Assembly: GCA_003559375.1 (NCBI GenBank)
Contig: PWLN01000208.1
Span: 1 to 58,725, forward strand
Length of the DNA stretch: 58,725 nucleotides
Reading direction: 5' to 3'
Source of the DNA: Balneolaceae bacterium
GTDB taxonomy: Bacteria; Bacteroidota; Rhodothermia; Balneolales; Balneolaceae
The notes below the pieces were generated by a model. The model did no database searches and was not told the origin of the DNA. It saw only the letters and a program-made list of their open reading frames with translations. This document shows positions 20,252 to 30,800 of this stretch, one piece after another. The translations under genes and the position numbers were made by a program. Every line of letters begins with the position of its first letter. The first letter of the stretch is position 1.

Positions 20252-21280
20252 TTATTCAAAATCACCTTCAAAATATTCTATCGCGCGCCGGGGCATGTCG
20301 TGCCTGTTTTTCTTTTCTGCAATATGCCTTTTAATTTTCTTCTGAAATGCTTCTGCAGCATCATATCCGTAATGTTTTAAAAGGTAATTCATCGCAATAA
20401 CTTCAGCGATTACTGTAATATTTTTACCGGGGGTAATTGGTAAGTGAATCAGGGGTATTTCGGTTCCAAGAATTTCTACAGAATCATGATTCAAACCAGT
20501 ACGATTAATATTTTCAGTATCTTCCCAAAGCGAAAGCTCAAGTACAACCTCAAGTCTTTTTTGGTAACGAATCGAACGAATACCAAACATCGACATCACA
20601 TCTACAATACCGAGTCCCCTAATTTCCATAAAATGTTTGTTCATTTCGGTGGCTGATGCCAACAATACATTACCTTTTTTTGTTAGCATAACCACATCGT
20701 CTGATACAAGCCGATGACCACGTTCAACAAGGTCGAGTGCGACTTCGCTTTTCCCTAAACCGGATTTACCACTTATCAGGATTCCGATACCATAAACATC
20801 AACCATAGTTCCATGCAGCATGGTTTGCAGCGCAAAGTAATCTTCCAGAAAATCACGAAGTAAAAACATAAACTTTGTGGTTTCCAATTCGGTACGGTAG
20901 ACAGGTATTTTACTTGCATCTGCTTTTTTTAGTAAAGCATCGTCAAGTTCATTATTATCCGTTAAAAAAATGACCGGAATATTAAAACTTAATAACTTGC
21001 TAAATGCATCGAGCCGGCTTTGTTCATCGAGATTGTTCAGAAAGTTGCATTCTGTATTTCCGATCACCTGTATTCTCTGAAATGTAAACAGATCTACGTA
21101 TCCAGCCAGTGCGAGACCGGGACGGTGTAAATCGGCCTCTGTTATCAGTTTTTTAGAAGCATACTCTGTTGCTGCAACTGGAAGAAGTTCAATTTTGATA
21201 CGTTGTTTGAGTTTTTCAACAAGTTCTGAAACTTCAATATTTTCCCTTATTGGTATGGCTTCCTGGTTTCTGAATGGCAT
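20252..21280 (-). CDS. hprK: HPr kinase/phosphorylase
   Basis: HRPGLALAG, GKSGLGKSE, GHRLVSDD, EIRGLGI and PGKN motifs. Start set to ATG 21280 because the longer ORF begins inside a terminator. Confidence 0.96.
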   Translation of the reverse strand: MPFRNQEAIPIRENIEVSELVEKLKQRIKIELLPVAATEYASKKLITEADLHRPGLALAGYVDLFTFQRIQVIGNTECNFLNNLDEQSRLDAFSKLLSFNIPVIFLTDNNELDDALLKKADASKIPVYRTELETTKFMFLLRDFLEDYFALQTMLHGTMVDVYGIGILISGKSGLGKSEVALDLVERGHRLVSDDVVMLTKKGNVLLASATEMNKHFMEIRGLGIVDVMSMFGIRSIRYQKRLEVVLELSLWEDTENINRTGLNHDSVEILGTEIPLIHLPITPGKNITVIAEVIAMNYLLKHYGYDAAEAFQKKIKRHIAEKKNRHDMPRRAIEYFEGDFE

Positions 21281-21307
21281 GACTTCGGGTTCGCGGGTAA
21301 TGGAGAT

Positions 21308-21342
21308 AAAAACCCGCACAATGTATTAAATTGTGCGGGTTC
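21308..21342 (-). terminator. Intrinsic terminator after hpf
   Basis: On the minus strand, aacccgcacaat / attgtgcgggtt stem followed by a T run. Confidence 0.85.
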
Positions 21343-21349
21343 AATGGAT

Positions 21350-21649
21350 TTAATGATGTTCGTAATGTTTTGTTTTATATTTTCTGAGTTGCCTGATGGC
21401 ATTATCTACAGCACTTCCTATTGCTTGTTCATAAGCTGGGGCTGCCTCGGAAACAGATATCAGTGTTTTTGGTACTTTTATATTTAAATCAGCAATAGCC
21501 GGGTTTTCATTATCCTGGCCGGGGTGTAAAATAATATCACATACTATAATTTTGTCAAAAAATTGCTCCAATTTTTCAACTGCATTTAACGAATACTCCT
21601 TTAGGTCTGAGCTCGCCTGAAAGTGTCTTGCAGTGAATGTGGTTTTCAT
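21350..21649 (-). CDS. hpf: Ribosome hibernation promoting factor (short HPF/RaiA)
   Basis: TARHF...LKEY...KLEQFFD and AVD...RQLRKYK motifs; SD AAGGAGG at 21655-21661. Confidence 0.92.
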   Translation of the reverse strand: MKTTFTARHFQASSDLKEYSLNAVEKLEQFFDKIIVCDIILHPGQDNENPAIADLNIKVPKTLISVSEAAPAYEQAIGSAVDNAIRQLRKYKTKHYEHH

Positions 21650-21668
21650 GTGTTCCTCCTTGCTATGA

Positions 21669-22586
21669 TTATAATTCTGCCCTTGGATGGGCTTTGGTGT
21701 AAACTTTTTTTAAGTGCTCTACGCTTGTATGAGTATAAACTTGCGTAGAAGACAGATTTGTATGGCCTAAAAATTCTTTAATGAGACGTATATCTGCGCC
21801 TGCATCAAGCATATGCGTAGCAAAACTGTGGCGCAAAATGTGCGGGCTTTTTTGGGTGATCTCACTTACCCTTAAAATATAATTTCGAATAATTCTCTGA
21901 ATTTTCCGGTGATTGATACGTCCTCCTCTCGGAGCAATAAATAATGCATTTATATCATGAGAGTTATCAGAGTAGCCTGGTAATTCTTTTCTGGTTTTCA
22001 GATGCCTGGAACAAGCAGTTACTGCAGGCTTCCCAAGCGGAACAATTCTTTCTTTATTGCCCTTGCCACGTACAATAAGTTGTTGGTTTTGTAAATCAAT
22101 GTCCCTGATATTTATATCTGTTAGCTCACTGAGCCGGATGCCTGTTGAATAGAAAAGTTCGAGAATTGCACGATCCTGGACGATTGTAGGCTCATCACCT
22201 TCAGAGAGATCCATCATACGCTGAATATCTTCCAATAAAACAGTTTTAGGCAATCTCTTTTCTTTTTTTGGTACAATGAGCAAATGAGCAGGATTTTTTT
22301 GAATGTGGCCTCTTTTAAAGCAATATTTGAAGAAAGAACGTAAAGATGCTACTTTTCGTGCTATTGTAGTTTTTGTCATGCCATCTTCTGAAAGCGCACC
22401 AAGCCAAAGACGTATCGTTAACCGGTCAATCCGGTTAATATCCAATGATGATGCATCGGCTTCCAATTCTGCAGAAGCAAAACGCAACAGCTGATTCAAG
22501 TCGTTATTGTATGATGTGATCGTATGTTCAGAGGCATTTCTTTCAATAGAAAGATACCTCAGGTATTTTTCAATCAACTCTTTCAT
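21669..22586 (-). CDS. xerC: Tyrosine recombinase XerC
   Basis: TGIRLSEL, GKGNKER, SPHILRHSFATH and LGH...TQVYT motifs; xerC-hpf synteny. Confidence 0.9.
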   Translation of the reverse strand: MKELIEKYLRYLSIERNASEHTITSYNNDLNQLLRFASAELEADASSLDINRIDRLTIRLWLGALSEDGMTKTTIARKVASLRSFFKYCFKRGHIQKNPAHLLIVPKKEKRLPKTVLLEDIQRMMDLSEGDEPTIVQDRAILELFYSTGIRLSELTDINIRDIDLQNQQLIVRGKGNKERIVPLGKPAVTACSRHLKTRKELPGYSDNSHDINALFIAPRGGRINHRKIQRIIRNYILRVSEITQKSPHILRHSFATHMLDAGADIRLIKEFLGHTNLSSTQVYTHTSVEHLKKVYTKAHPRAEL

Positions 22587-22638
22587 CTAATGCAATATGC
22601 AATCTCTTTCTGTAAAAATAAACAGTGATTTGTACATA

Positions 22639-23802
22639 CTAAACTTTTCTTCCTTTCCATTCTGTTTTTCTGCCAGTGAAATAATCATAGATTTTGGTCA
22701 ATCCAAGCCACTGAAACCATAAAACACCAATGGGATGGGTGAATGCATAAACAGGGTTCCATGCAAACCATTCAGCCAGCAGCAACCGGTGAAGAAGGAT
22801 CAATGAAACCGACGCTGCCGATAGAAAAAACATAACGGAATCTTTCCCTGGAATTGCAAGTATCAATGTTATAAAGGGGATTATAAAAACGATTATGTGT
22901 ACCAATGCTGCAGTAATAAAAAGTACGAGTGAATTTTGGAAGCCTTCCAGAAAGTTTTTTCTCAGGCCAGAAAACATTTCACGGTTACTTTTGTACATAC
23001 GGCATTCCACAGTTCCTACACCATTGAACATTCTGAGTGTTCCGTTGAGTTTTTTGACAATTTTTGCCAATTCAACATCTTCAACAATGCGGTTTTTTAC
23101 TGCCTCGTGACCGCCAATTTTTTTATAAAACTGATTTGTGAATGCGATACACTGGCCGTTGGCTGCCGCAAAAGCAGGTCGAAGCTTTTTTTTCAGTATT
23201 GTGGGCATCCATCTCGGATCGCGGTAAACATAAATAGCAGGGAGAAGGGTAACCAATGCATAATATATCAGAGGTATCACAGTTTTTTCCCAGAATGATC
23301 CCAGGATTTGTTTTGGCCATATGGCAATCATGTCTAAACCATAGTGATGAAATGTAGCTGCTATATTTACCAGCGCATTTGGCTCCAGCCTGGTATCAGC
23401 ATCCAAATAGAGCAACATGTGTCCTGAAGCATGATTTCCCAATTGATGACATGCCCATGGTTTTCCCAGCCAGCTTTCCGGTTTTGGATCACCAGCAATC
23501 AAATGTATCAGTGCGGGATGTTCATGCTGCAGGGAAGAAACAATAGCATTCGTTTCGTCTATAGATTGATCGTCGAGTACAAGTATTTCAAAGTCAGGGT
23601 AATTCTGAATGATAATAGATTCAAGTAATGAGGCAATGTTTTTTTCTTCATTTCGGGCTGGAATACAGACAGATATTTTTGGCAGAGGAACCGTATCTTG
23701 ATCACATGGCACCACTGGTGTCAGATCGAAACGATTTCGTATAAATACAACTGATGTAATCAGCAGGTAAAACAGCGAAAACAGTAATATTAAATTCAGC
23801 AA
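22639..23802 (-). CDS. GT2 glycosyltransferase, carotenoid glucosyltransferase type (CruC/CrtQ-like)
   Basis: IPARNEE, DDQSID, WLGKPWAC, YLDAD, ANGQC, EDVELA and terminal WKGR motifs; divergent from crtC. Confidence 0.85.
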   Translation of the reverse strand: MLNLILLFSLFYLLITSVVFIRNRFDLTPVVPCDQDTVPLPKISVCIPARNEEKNIASLLESIIIQNYPDFEILVLDDQSIDETNAIVSSLQHEHPALIHLIAGDPKPESWLGKPWACHQLGNHASGHMLLYLDADTRLEPNALVNIAATFHHYGLDMIAIWPKQILGSFWEKTVIPLIYYALVTLLPAIYVYRDPRWMPTILKKKLRPAFAAANGQCIAFTNQFYKKIGGHEAVKNRIVEDVELAKIVKKLNGTLRMFNGVGTVECRMYKSNREMFSGLRKNFLEGFQNSLVLFITAALVHIIVFIIPFITLILAIPGKDSVMFFLSAASVSLILLHRLLLAEWFAWNPVYAFTHPIGVLWFQWLGLTKIYDYFTGRKTEWKGRKV

Positions 23803-23868
23803 AAGAGTACTCCGAAATTATCAATCAAAACCGAAAACGTAATTTCTAACATTTACATTTCTGTATTC

Positions 23869-24933
23869 ATGAATATTATTTCAAGTTTCCGGGAAGATAC
23901 TCAATCGGATAAACCAAAACCCGGTTGTTACGAATGGTGGTATTTTGATGCCCGGTCAGCCGATGGGTACACTACAGTTATCATTTTTTATGACGGGAAC
24001 CCTTTTTCCAGACGCTATATAGAAAGTATTGAACGGAACGATGGTAAAACGGCATCTGATTTTCCGGCTATAAGTATAAGTGTTTACAAAAATGGGATTC
24101 CCTTATTCTATTCTTTTGAAGAATTTAGCCCGAAAGTTTCTTTTTTTTCAGTTACTTCCCCTAAGGGAAATACAGGTTTAAGCCATTTTGAAGGAAAGAT
24201 TAAGAATGGACAGATTACATATGAAGTAACATTAAATCAAAAAGTAGCTAATGGTGATTCTATAACGGGAAAATTACTTTTCACATCTGCAAATTTTGAC
24301 TTCGGATTAAAACAAGGCCGGTTGAATAGGGGGCAGAACGATCACACATGGAACCTTGTCGCCCCTGCAGCTGACGTCAAAGGGAATTTATTAATCACAG
24401 GCTTCAGAAATCACAATATCCACTTTGAGGGAATGGGCTATCACGACCATAATTTCGGGAATGAACCCATGAGAGAGAGCTTTGAAGAATGGTATTGGGG
24501 AAGGTATCATCTCGATGAAATTACACTTGTCTATTACCTGATGAACCAGAAAAATCATTGGAATAAAAAAGCCTGGGTTATTGATAAAGATGGATTGGTA
24601 TCTGAATTTGATGAGATCAGCATTACGGATTCGGAATATAACCCTTTCGGATTATGGTCTGCCAGAAAAATTGAGTTTTCCGGTAACCGGACAACTGCTG
24701 TCTTACAAAAAGACAAGGTTATTGATAATGGCCCATTTTATCAGCGTTTTGAAGGAAGATTGTTGCTGAATTCAGACGATAAACTATCGGAATGCAGGGG
24801 AGTCTCGGAATATATAAAGCCGGAGAGAATTTATCGAAAACTGTTTTGGCCTTTGGTAAACATGAGAATTACCTATCCAGGTAAACCCCATTGGGTACAA
24901 AAAAATCCACGCTTATACCGGTGGACATGGTAA
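23869..24933 (+). CDS. crtC: Carotenoid 1,2-hydratase (hydroxyneurosporene synthase)
   Basis: PGCYEWWYFDA, GNPFS, HTWNLVAP, GYHDHNFGNEP and GPFYQR motifs of the CrtC family. Confidence 0.85.
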   Translation: MNIISSFREDTQSDKPKPGCYEWWYFDARSADGYTTVIIFYDGNPFSRRYIESIERNDGKTASDFPAISISVYKNGIPLFYSFEEFSPKVSFFSVTSPKGNTGLSHFEGKIKNGQITYEVTLNQKVANGDSITGKLLFTSANFDFGLKQGRLNRGQNDHTWNLVAPAADVKGNLLITGFRNHNIHFEGMGYHDHNFGNEPMRESFEEWYWGRYHLDEITLVYYLMNQKNHWNKKAWVIDKDGLVSEFDEISITDSEYNPFGLWSARKIEFSGNRTTAVLQKDKVIDNGPFYQRFEGRLLLNSDDKLSECRGVSEYIKPERIYRKLFWPLVNMRITYPGKPHWVQKNPRLYRWTW

Positions 24934-24966
24934 AAAAAAGGCAGTCGAATTTATGACTGCCTTTTT
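24932..24966. terminator. Bidirectional terminator between crtC and the fasciclin gene
   Basis: A8-ggcagtc / gactgcc-T5 between convergent genes. Confidence 0.88.
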
Positions 24967-24980
24967 AGAAAAATCTTTCT

Positions 24981-26747
24981 TTATTCTGTATAAGTCGGAG
25001 GAAGTATAACAGCATCAATGATATGAACAACGCCATTAGTGCCGATAAGATCAGCTGTCACTACATTGGCATTGTTGATCTGAACTCCGCCATTTATTGA
25101 CACAGTAATCTCCTCACCTTGCAATGTAGCTGCAGTTTGGCCATCTGCAAGGTCTGTCGATAATACCTGTGCTCCTATCACATGATATGTAAGGATCTCA
25201 GTTATTTGTTCTGTTGTTAAGTCCGGAAATGCTTCAAGTGCAGCATCGAAAGCTTCATTGGTTGGGGCAAATACAGTGAACTCACCGTCACCAGAAAGCA
25301 GTTCCAATATATCTTCTCTTTCTGCGACAAGGCTCAGAAGAGTAGACAGGTCATAATTCTTTGCTACAATACCTGTAACTGGTGTGAAAGCATTTGGTAA
25401 AAGCACTCCGTCAATTATATGAACAGCACCATTGTTTCCAACGAAATCCGCTTCTGTTACAGCAGCACTATTATTGATACTTACAGAACCATTCTCCACT
25501 GTAACATAAATCGCTTCGCCACCAAGAGTTTCAACTGTTTGCGTTTCCCCGAGATCTCCAGAGAGCACCTGAGCTACCAGTACGTGGTATGCAAGAATTT
25601 CCGTAACCTGTTCATCAGTTAAGCCTGGGTTTGCTGCAAGCGCATCTGAAAAAGCGTCATTATTTGGTGCAAATACTGTGAATTCTCCATTTGGATCTGA
25701 TAACGCCTCAACTACAGCAGGTCTTTCAGCAACAAGGGCGAGCAGAGTTGACAGATCAAAATTCTTCTGTACAATAGATGTAACGGGGGTGAATGCATTG
25801 GGTAGTAGAACTGTATCAACTACATGAATAATGCCATTGGTAGCTTCCACATCAGGTGCAGTTACTTGTGCTGTACCATTTACGGTAACTCCGTCTGCGC
25901 CAGCTGTAATATAAATTGGTTCTTCAGCTGCAGTTGGTACTACCTGAGTTGGTTCCAGAGCATTAGATGGAACTTCACCAAAAAGCACATGATAGAATAA
26001 AATGAATCCAATTTGCTCGTCAGTAAGTCCTGCGGGATCAACTACTGAAAAAAGGGCATTAAAGGCTTCATCTGTTGGTGCGAAGGCAGTGTAAGGGCCT
26101 AAAAACTGTAGTGTTGTGGTCAGGCCTATTTGTTCTGCTAAGGCTAACAGTGTTTCAAAGTTACCTGCTTCCTGTGCCACTTCAACAAGGCTTGGACCCT
26201 GTACTGCTACTCTATATTCGGTTGGAAGGATAACCTGATCGATAGCGTGAATTACACCATTTGTTGCACGAAGATCGGCCTGTACTACATTGGCAAAACC
26301 ATTTACCTGTACGCCCGCTGCACTCGCTGTTACTAAAGCCCTTTCACCTTGTAACATTTCCACGTCCTGGCTTGAACCAAGCTGGGTTGATAAAATGGTA
26401 CCACCGGTTACGTGATAAGTAACGATCTCTGTAAGATCTTCGTTTGAGAGCGATGGAATAATGTCACTTATTGCTTCAAAAGCTGCATTTGTTGGAGCAA
26501 ATACTGTGAGTTCTTCAGTTGCAAGTACATCAGCTAATCCGAGTTCGACTACGAGATCTACAAGAATGCTAAAGTTTTCGTCACTTTGTGCCAGTTCTAC
26601 AAGATTAGGATCTCCGGGTTCTGGATCCGGATCAGGATCTGGGGTTACTACAGTACCATTATCATCACTACATGCTGTTATCACACTTAGGCTGAATAAT
26701 GGCAGCAACAGCAGTATTAGAAGTTTTGAAAATTTATATTTAAACAT
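24981..26747 (-). CDS. Lipoprotein with four fasciclin (FAS1) domains
   Basis: Lipobox ITAC, PDPDPDPEP linker, four units of TVFAPTN.AF / YHV / NG..H.ID.V.LP. Confidence 0.93.
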   Translation of the reverse strand: MFKYKFSKLLILLLLPLFSLSVITACSDDNGTVVTPDPDPDPEPGDPNLVELAQSDENFSILVDLVVELGLADVLATEELTVFAPTNAAFEAISDIIPSLSNEDLTEIVTYHVTGGTILSTQLGSSQDVEMLQGERALVTASAAGVQVNGFANVVQADLRATNGVIHAIDQVILPTEYRVAVQGPSLVEVAQEAGNFETLLALAEQIGLTTTLQFLGPYTAFAPTDEAFNALFSVVDPAGLTDEQIGFILFYHVLFGEVPSNALEPTQVVPTAAEEPIYITAGADGVTVNGTAQVTAPDVEATNGIIHVVDTVLLPNAFTPVTSIVQKNFDLSTLLALVAERPAVVEALSDPNGEFTVFAPNNDAFSDALAANPGLTDEQVTEILAYHVLVAQVLSGDLGETQTVETLGGEAIYVTVENGSVSINNSAAVTEADFVGNNGAVHIIDGVLLPNAFTPVTGIVAKNYDLSTLLSLVAEREDILELLSGDGEFTVFAPTNEAFDAALEAFPDLTTEQITEILTYHVIGAQVLSTDLADGQTAATLQGEEITVSINGGVQINNANVVTADLIGTNGVVHIIDAVILPPTYTE

Positions 26748-26897
26748 GATTATTAATATTTGGGGTTAGAATCTGACGTTATTTAAAGTTGTCAGCATCT
26801 TAAACAGCAAAAAAAATGTAAATCGTTTGGAGAGAAGGGCTTTTTTTAAAAAAAAATTTAAAAAGTGCTCTAATTACCTCATCTGGCCATATTTTTA

Positions 26898-27833
26898 CTA
26901 CATAATTGCTCTCTGAATCCGGTCAATTAAAGCAGGAATGATGGGATGTTTCAAAGAATTTTTCAGCTTTTCTATAAAAATTTGAGAGTATCCCAGATGA
27001 TCAGCCGTTCTGAAGTGGTCGTACAAGTCTCTTGCGAATGCAGAATAATCTCGATTGTAGTAATAATAATTTATTTCAGCCCTCTTCGGTTTTATGGTAT
27101 GAAAGAGAAAGTAAGATTTTGAGGGCCAATCTGTATCCGTCTCATCAAGCCATTTAACCTGTGCTTTTGGCTTATAGTGAGTATATCTTGTGCCCGGGCT
27201 TTTTGCCTTCATTTCTCCTTTTATTTCAGAAGTGGATACATTCTTTCCGATGATATCGCTGATCATTTCTGATGTAATAAAGCCTGGCCTCAGAATCACA
27301 GCATCGTCTTCACTTAAATCAACAACTGTTGATTCGATCCCGATTTTACAATGGCCTCCATCAATTACGGAAACTGAACCGTCATAATCTGCTATTATAT
27401 GTTCAGGCTTTGTGGGGCTTGGTTTTCCCGACTTGTTGGCACTTGGTGCTGTTAATGGCCCGGTTTTTTCTATTAGAGCCAAAGTTATATCGTGATTTGG
27501 CATTCTCACAGCTACGGTATCAAGACCGGCAGTAACAATATCTGGTACTTCCGGTTTTTTTTTCAGGACAATGGTTAAAGGCCCCGGCCAGAACGCTTTT
27601 ATCAAACGCAGTGCGTCATCAGGAATATCATGGGCAATCTGTTCCAATTGTGCGAGATTGCTGATATGTACTATAAGTGGATTTTCCTGAGGCCGGCCTT
27701 TGATTTTAAAAGTCTTTTCTACAGCAACAAGATTAAAAGCATCAGCGGCTAACCCATATACCGTTTCAGTTGGAATTGCGACGACATTTCCAGACAGAAT
27801 CAGCTCATTAGCCTGTTCTATGCTTGAGATCAT
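26898..27833 (-). CDS. sua5: L-threonylcarbamoyladenylate synthase (Sua5 type)
   Basis: PTETVYGL, KGRPQENPLIVH, WPGPLT, APSANKSG and SPG...HY motifs. Confidence 0.96.
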   Translation of the reverse strand: MISSIEQANELILSGNVVAIPTETVYGLAADAFNLVAVEKTFKIKGRPQENPLIVHISNLAQLEQIAHDIPDDALRLIKAFWPGPLTIVLKKKPEVPDIVTAGLDTVAVRMPNHDITLALIEKTGPLTAPSANKSGKPSPTKPEHIIADYDGSVSVIDGGHCKIGIESTVVDLSEDDAVILRPGFITSEMISDIIGKNVSTSEIKGEMKAKSPGTRYTHYKPKAQVKWLDETDTDWPSKSYFLFHTIKPKRAEINYYYYNRDYSAFARDLYDHFRTADHLGYSQIFIEKLKNSLKHPIIPALIDRIQRAIM

Positions 27834-30800
27834 ACAGATACTTTATTATTTAGTATGTTCACCTCATCGTACAGCATTTTCAGGTAAACAATAGCTTCAT
27901 CGATGCCATTAATTTCATTTATCACAAAAGTTACGGCATCATTTTTTTGTACCACCTTAAATGTATGGCTGGAATACTTCTGCATTAGATTTAATAAGTC
28001 CTGAAATTTTCCTGTATCATAGAAATAATTGCCATTCTCTGATGTATTAGTTGGACAAAGAAGCCACATCCTTTCGGAACGGATTGTAATTTTGCTTAAG
28101 AATAACCTGGAGCCAAAAAATTTAATAACAGCTGCTTTCAAGAGGTTTTCTCCGGTTTCCGGAATTTTTCCAAACCTGTCTGACAATTCATTTTTCCATT
28201 CTTCAATTTGTTGAAGCGAGTTAGCTTCCGATAATTTTCTGTACAGGTTCAAACGCTCAACATTGTCTGATACATACTCCTGGTCAAGGTAGGCCGAGAG
28301 GTCAAACTCCACCCTGGTATCAGGATAATCCAACTCTTTTGTTTCTTCAGTAAACAATGCACTATACTCGGTTTCTTTTAGTTCTTGTACTGCATCGTTT
28401 AATATTTTGGTATAGAGATCAAAACCGATATCGGATATGTAACCGCTTTGTTCTGCTCCAAGAATATCACCTGCTCCGCGAATATCCAGATCTCTCATGG
28501 CGATATTAAAACCGGATCCAAGTTCGGAAAATTCTTCGAGTGCCGATAAACGTTTACGGGCTTCCGGTGTCAGTGATCTCACGTCTGGAGTAATGAGATA
28601 GCAGAATGCCTTACGGTTTGAACGGCCAACCCTTCCTCTGAGCTGATGGAGTTCCGATAAACCAAACTGATTGGCATTATTTATGATGATGGTATTGGCA
28701 TTGGCTATATCGATACCGTTCTCGACAATATTGGTAGATACAAGTACCTCATATTTATTGAGATAAAAGTCTGCGATAATTTTTTCCAGCCTGGATGCAG
28801 GCATTTGCCCGTGTGCATATCTTACCCTGATATCAGGAACAAGTTCACGAATCATTCCTGTAATTTCCTCAATATTCCCGATTCTGTTATGGATAAAAAA
28901 TACCTGTCCTACTCTTGAGGTTTCCTGAAGTATTGCATCTCTGATTAATTCGGAATCAAAACTATGTATTTCAGTATAAACAGGCTGCCGGTTTGGAGGT
29001 GGGGTATGAATGAGGCTGAGGTCACGTGCACCCATCAGAGAAAATTGAAGTGTTCGCGGAATTGGTGTAGCGGTGAGTGTAAGAACGTCTATGGTTGCAC
29101 GGTAAGACTTAAGTTTTTCTTTCATCGCAACACCAAAGCGTTGTTCTTCATCAATTACCAACAGCCCGATATCTTTAAATTTTACATCTTTTGAGATCAT
29201 CCGATGTGTACCTATCAGGATGTCGATTTTGCCTGCTTCTAATCTTTTAATAATGTTCTTTTGCTCAGCCTGGGTTCGAAAACGTGATAATACTTCCACT
29301 TCAACTGGGAAGTCTTTCATCCGATTGGTGAATGTTTTGAAATGCTGATCGGCAAGTATGGTTGTTGGTACCAGAATGGCGGCCTGTTTTTGATTCATCA
29401 CAGCTTTGAATGCGGCACGAACGGCAACTTCAGTTTTTCCAAAGCCTACATCACCACAAACCAACCGGTCCATTGGTTGTGAAGACTCCATATCGCTTTT
29501 TACTGATTTGATCGCGTGAAGCTGATCTGGAGTCTCTTCATACTCAAACCTTGCTTCCATCTCGGTTTGCCAGGAATTATCCGGGTCGAAACTGAATGCC
29601 TGACGTGCTTTTCTCTTGGCATATAATTCGATCAGGTCTTTTGCGATATCCTTAACCTTGCTTCGTGTCGCCGCTTTTTTTCTTGCCCATTCACCTGATC
29701 CGAGTTTGGTAATTCTGGGCTGAATACCCTCCTTGCCTGAATATTTCTGAAGCTTATGAAGGCTCGTTATGTTTACATATAGTATGGAATCATCCTTATA
29801 CCTTAATACTGCTGCTTCCTGAATGCTGTTTCTTACTTCAATCTTTTTAAATCCGGCAAATTGTCCAATTCCATAATCCACGTGAACCACAAAATCACCT
29901 ATATTCAGGTCTTTCAGTTCTTTAAAAGAGAAGCCGCCTCTCACCCTTTTTCTTTTGATTTTGGGACGATGATATCGGTTAAAGATTTGATGGTCTGTCA
30001 AAAGTGCAAGATTGTATTCGGGCAATAGAAATCCCTCATGCAAATTCTGAATAATAATGTGGTATCTGAAATCATCAGCGGGATCACCTAAGAGCTCCTC
30101 AAAACGTTCTTTCTGATTTTCATGATCGGTGAGAATCAGGGTGAAGCTGTTATTTTTTGACTCATCCTGGATAAATTCACGAAGTAGTTTGAAACTACCG
30201 TTGAATGATGGGTGAGGAGCAGTGTTAAATGAAAAACTTCCGTCTAAACTGACACACCGGTTGAACGATCCAAGTGTAATGGTGCCATGACCTGAAATTG
30301 CATTTTCCCACTCGGTTGAAGTAAGGTAGTGCTGTTCAGGAGTTCCTGCCAGATTATCACCAATACGATCGAATAGTTCCTGGGATTTTTGAAAGAAATG
30401 ATCAATCTCATCAACGATAAATTCTGCATCTTCGAGCACCATCACTGTATCTTTTGGCATATATGCGATGATGCTTTCTTTAGTGCCATTTTCAGAAAAT
30501 CCGGCATTTGGGACAAGTCGTGTTTCATTCAGAAATGCAATTGAACGCTGGGAATCCGGGTCAAACTCACGAATTGAATCTATTTCATCGCCAAAAAATT
30601 CCAGTCTCACTGGGTATTCACCTGAGAAGGGGAAAACATCAAATATTCCACCACGAATGGCAAATTCACCGGGTTCATCCACAAATTTTGCTGGTGAATA
30701 GCCTTGCTCGCTCAATTTTTCAGCCAACTCATCAATTGGCAGGATCATACCCCTGGTAATTTCAATAGACTGGCTGTAAAAGATCTTTGCAGGTACAAGT

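Noticed and set aside
21669-22586. Tyrosine recombinase as a phage or island integrase
   Set aside because: Size, motifs and the xerC-hpf context fit housekeeping XerC; no att site, tRNA or mobile cargo nearby.
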